Below, piece after piece: positions 49,313 to 50,090 of a stretch of 50,090 nt of DNA. The position numbers and the translations under genes were made by a program. Under the pieces are notes generated by a model. That model had not been told where the DNA came from, did no database searches, and saw only the letters and a program-made list of their open reading frames with translations. The DNA is from Octopus bimaculoides. Lineage: Eukaryota. The stretch lies in assembly GCF_001194135.2 (NCBI RefSeq), contig NC_068995.1, positions 10,308,723-10,358,812 of the forward strand, written 5' to 3'. The stretch's first letter is position 1. Each line of letters begins with the position of its first letter.

Positions 49313-49779
49313 CAAAAGATTAAATGTGGTACTTAAAATGTTTGAGGCACCAGAATTTGGTAGGATAAAAACCAAAAACAAAATCAAAAGATTTGGTGAA
49401 TAAAATTTGCTTGATTTACCCCTAACCTGCTGTCCACCACTACTTAACCTACCTTCCTCTAAATTTGAAATTACTACTATCCTTCTAATTAGATTTTAAA
49501 TTCTTGTTTGATTCACTTGTCTGGGAAACAGCAGCATAGTCAAGATGGTATGCTTTCTTCTCTTACTCTTGTTTTTTCCAAACATCTTCAAAATGACTGT
49601 CTAAAATGAAATTCCATTATGCAGCTGAGGAGTACATTTTCATTGTATTTTCTGTGGTGTTCTCACTACATGAATAAATGGAGCTTGTACGAAACGTACG
49701 TACTGCTATAACCTATTGAGTTTTTGTGGCTTATCTTCAAATATATATATATATATGCCTCTGAGTGTGTGAGTGTGTG

Positions 49780-49814
49780 TGGCCGGAGTCAAATGACTGA
49801 AACAAGTAAAAGAG
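49780..49814 (+). mobile_element. SINE family C extreme 3' stub
   Basis: tggccggagtcaaatgactgaaacaagtaaaagag. Confidence 0.6.
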
Positions 49815-50047
49815 GGGGTTGGTGCTCCAAAATAATGCCTGTAACTTGATTCCCTCATCAGATACTACCAGCCTCCGTCTTCAGGGAAGAATTTCGATGA
49901 TGGACTCAAGTTGCAAGTATTATTTTAGTTCCCAAGAACAGCTGTTGAACTCGTAAAACTCCTACTCAAGCCCCTTAATTCCTGACATCATTTATATTCT
50001 CTGTTAGTCGGACATTTCTATATGCATAACATATTTATATACACATG

Positions 50048-50090
<43 letters not shown>

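Noticed and set aside
49846-49861. Minus-strand CTGATGAGGGAATCAA (similar degenerate text near 39055-39110)
   Set aside because: The 3' strand of stem II and GAAAC are absent; at most a truncated repeat remnant.

Overview
Eukaryotic, AT-rich, microsatellite-saturated genomic DNA with 12 assembly gaps (about 4.1 kb of N). The repeat content is most consistent with an octopus, e.g. the short-read O. bimaculoides assembly (inference from recalled repeat families, no search run). Only one host coding segment is supportable: an internal exon (42334-42758, +) of a rhodopsin-class neuropeptide-type GPCR covering TM3 to ICL3, with clean AG/GT boundaries. No other exon of the gene was recognised, so most of the window is probably intronic or intergenic. 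The rest is mobile-element debris: at least three tRNA-headed SINE families (A, Deu/Nin-like domain; B, CORE-like; C, CORE-like with an internal microsatellite), two Dong/R4-like and one Hero-like RLE LINE fragments, an RTE LINE fragment, a Penelope-like fragment, a Tigger transposase relic and mariner-derived MITE pieces. The most unusual observations are: (1) three copies of a short TA-anchored repeat carrying a Penelope-type minimal hammerhead ribozyme fold with a shared non-canonical A6->U core; (2) a three-tier nested insertion (Tigger > SINE A > SINE B) with both TSDs readable; (3) recurrent head-to-tail stacking of SINE A, including a dimer inside a single TSD. Almost all ORFs in the supplied track are microsatellite or N-gap artefacts. 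Element boundaries without a stated TSD are approximate.
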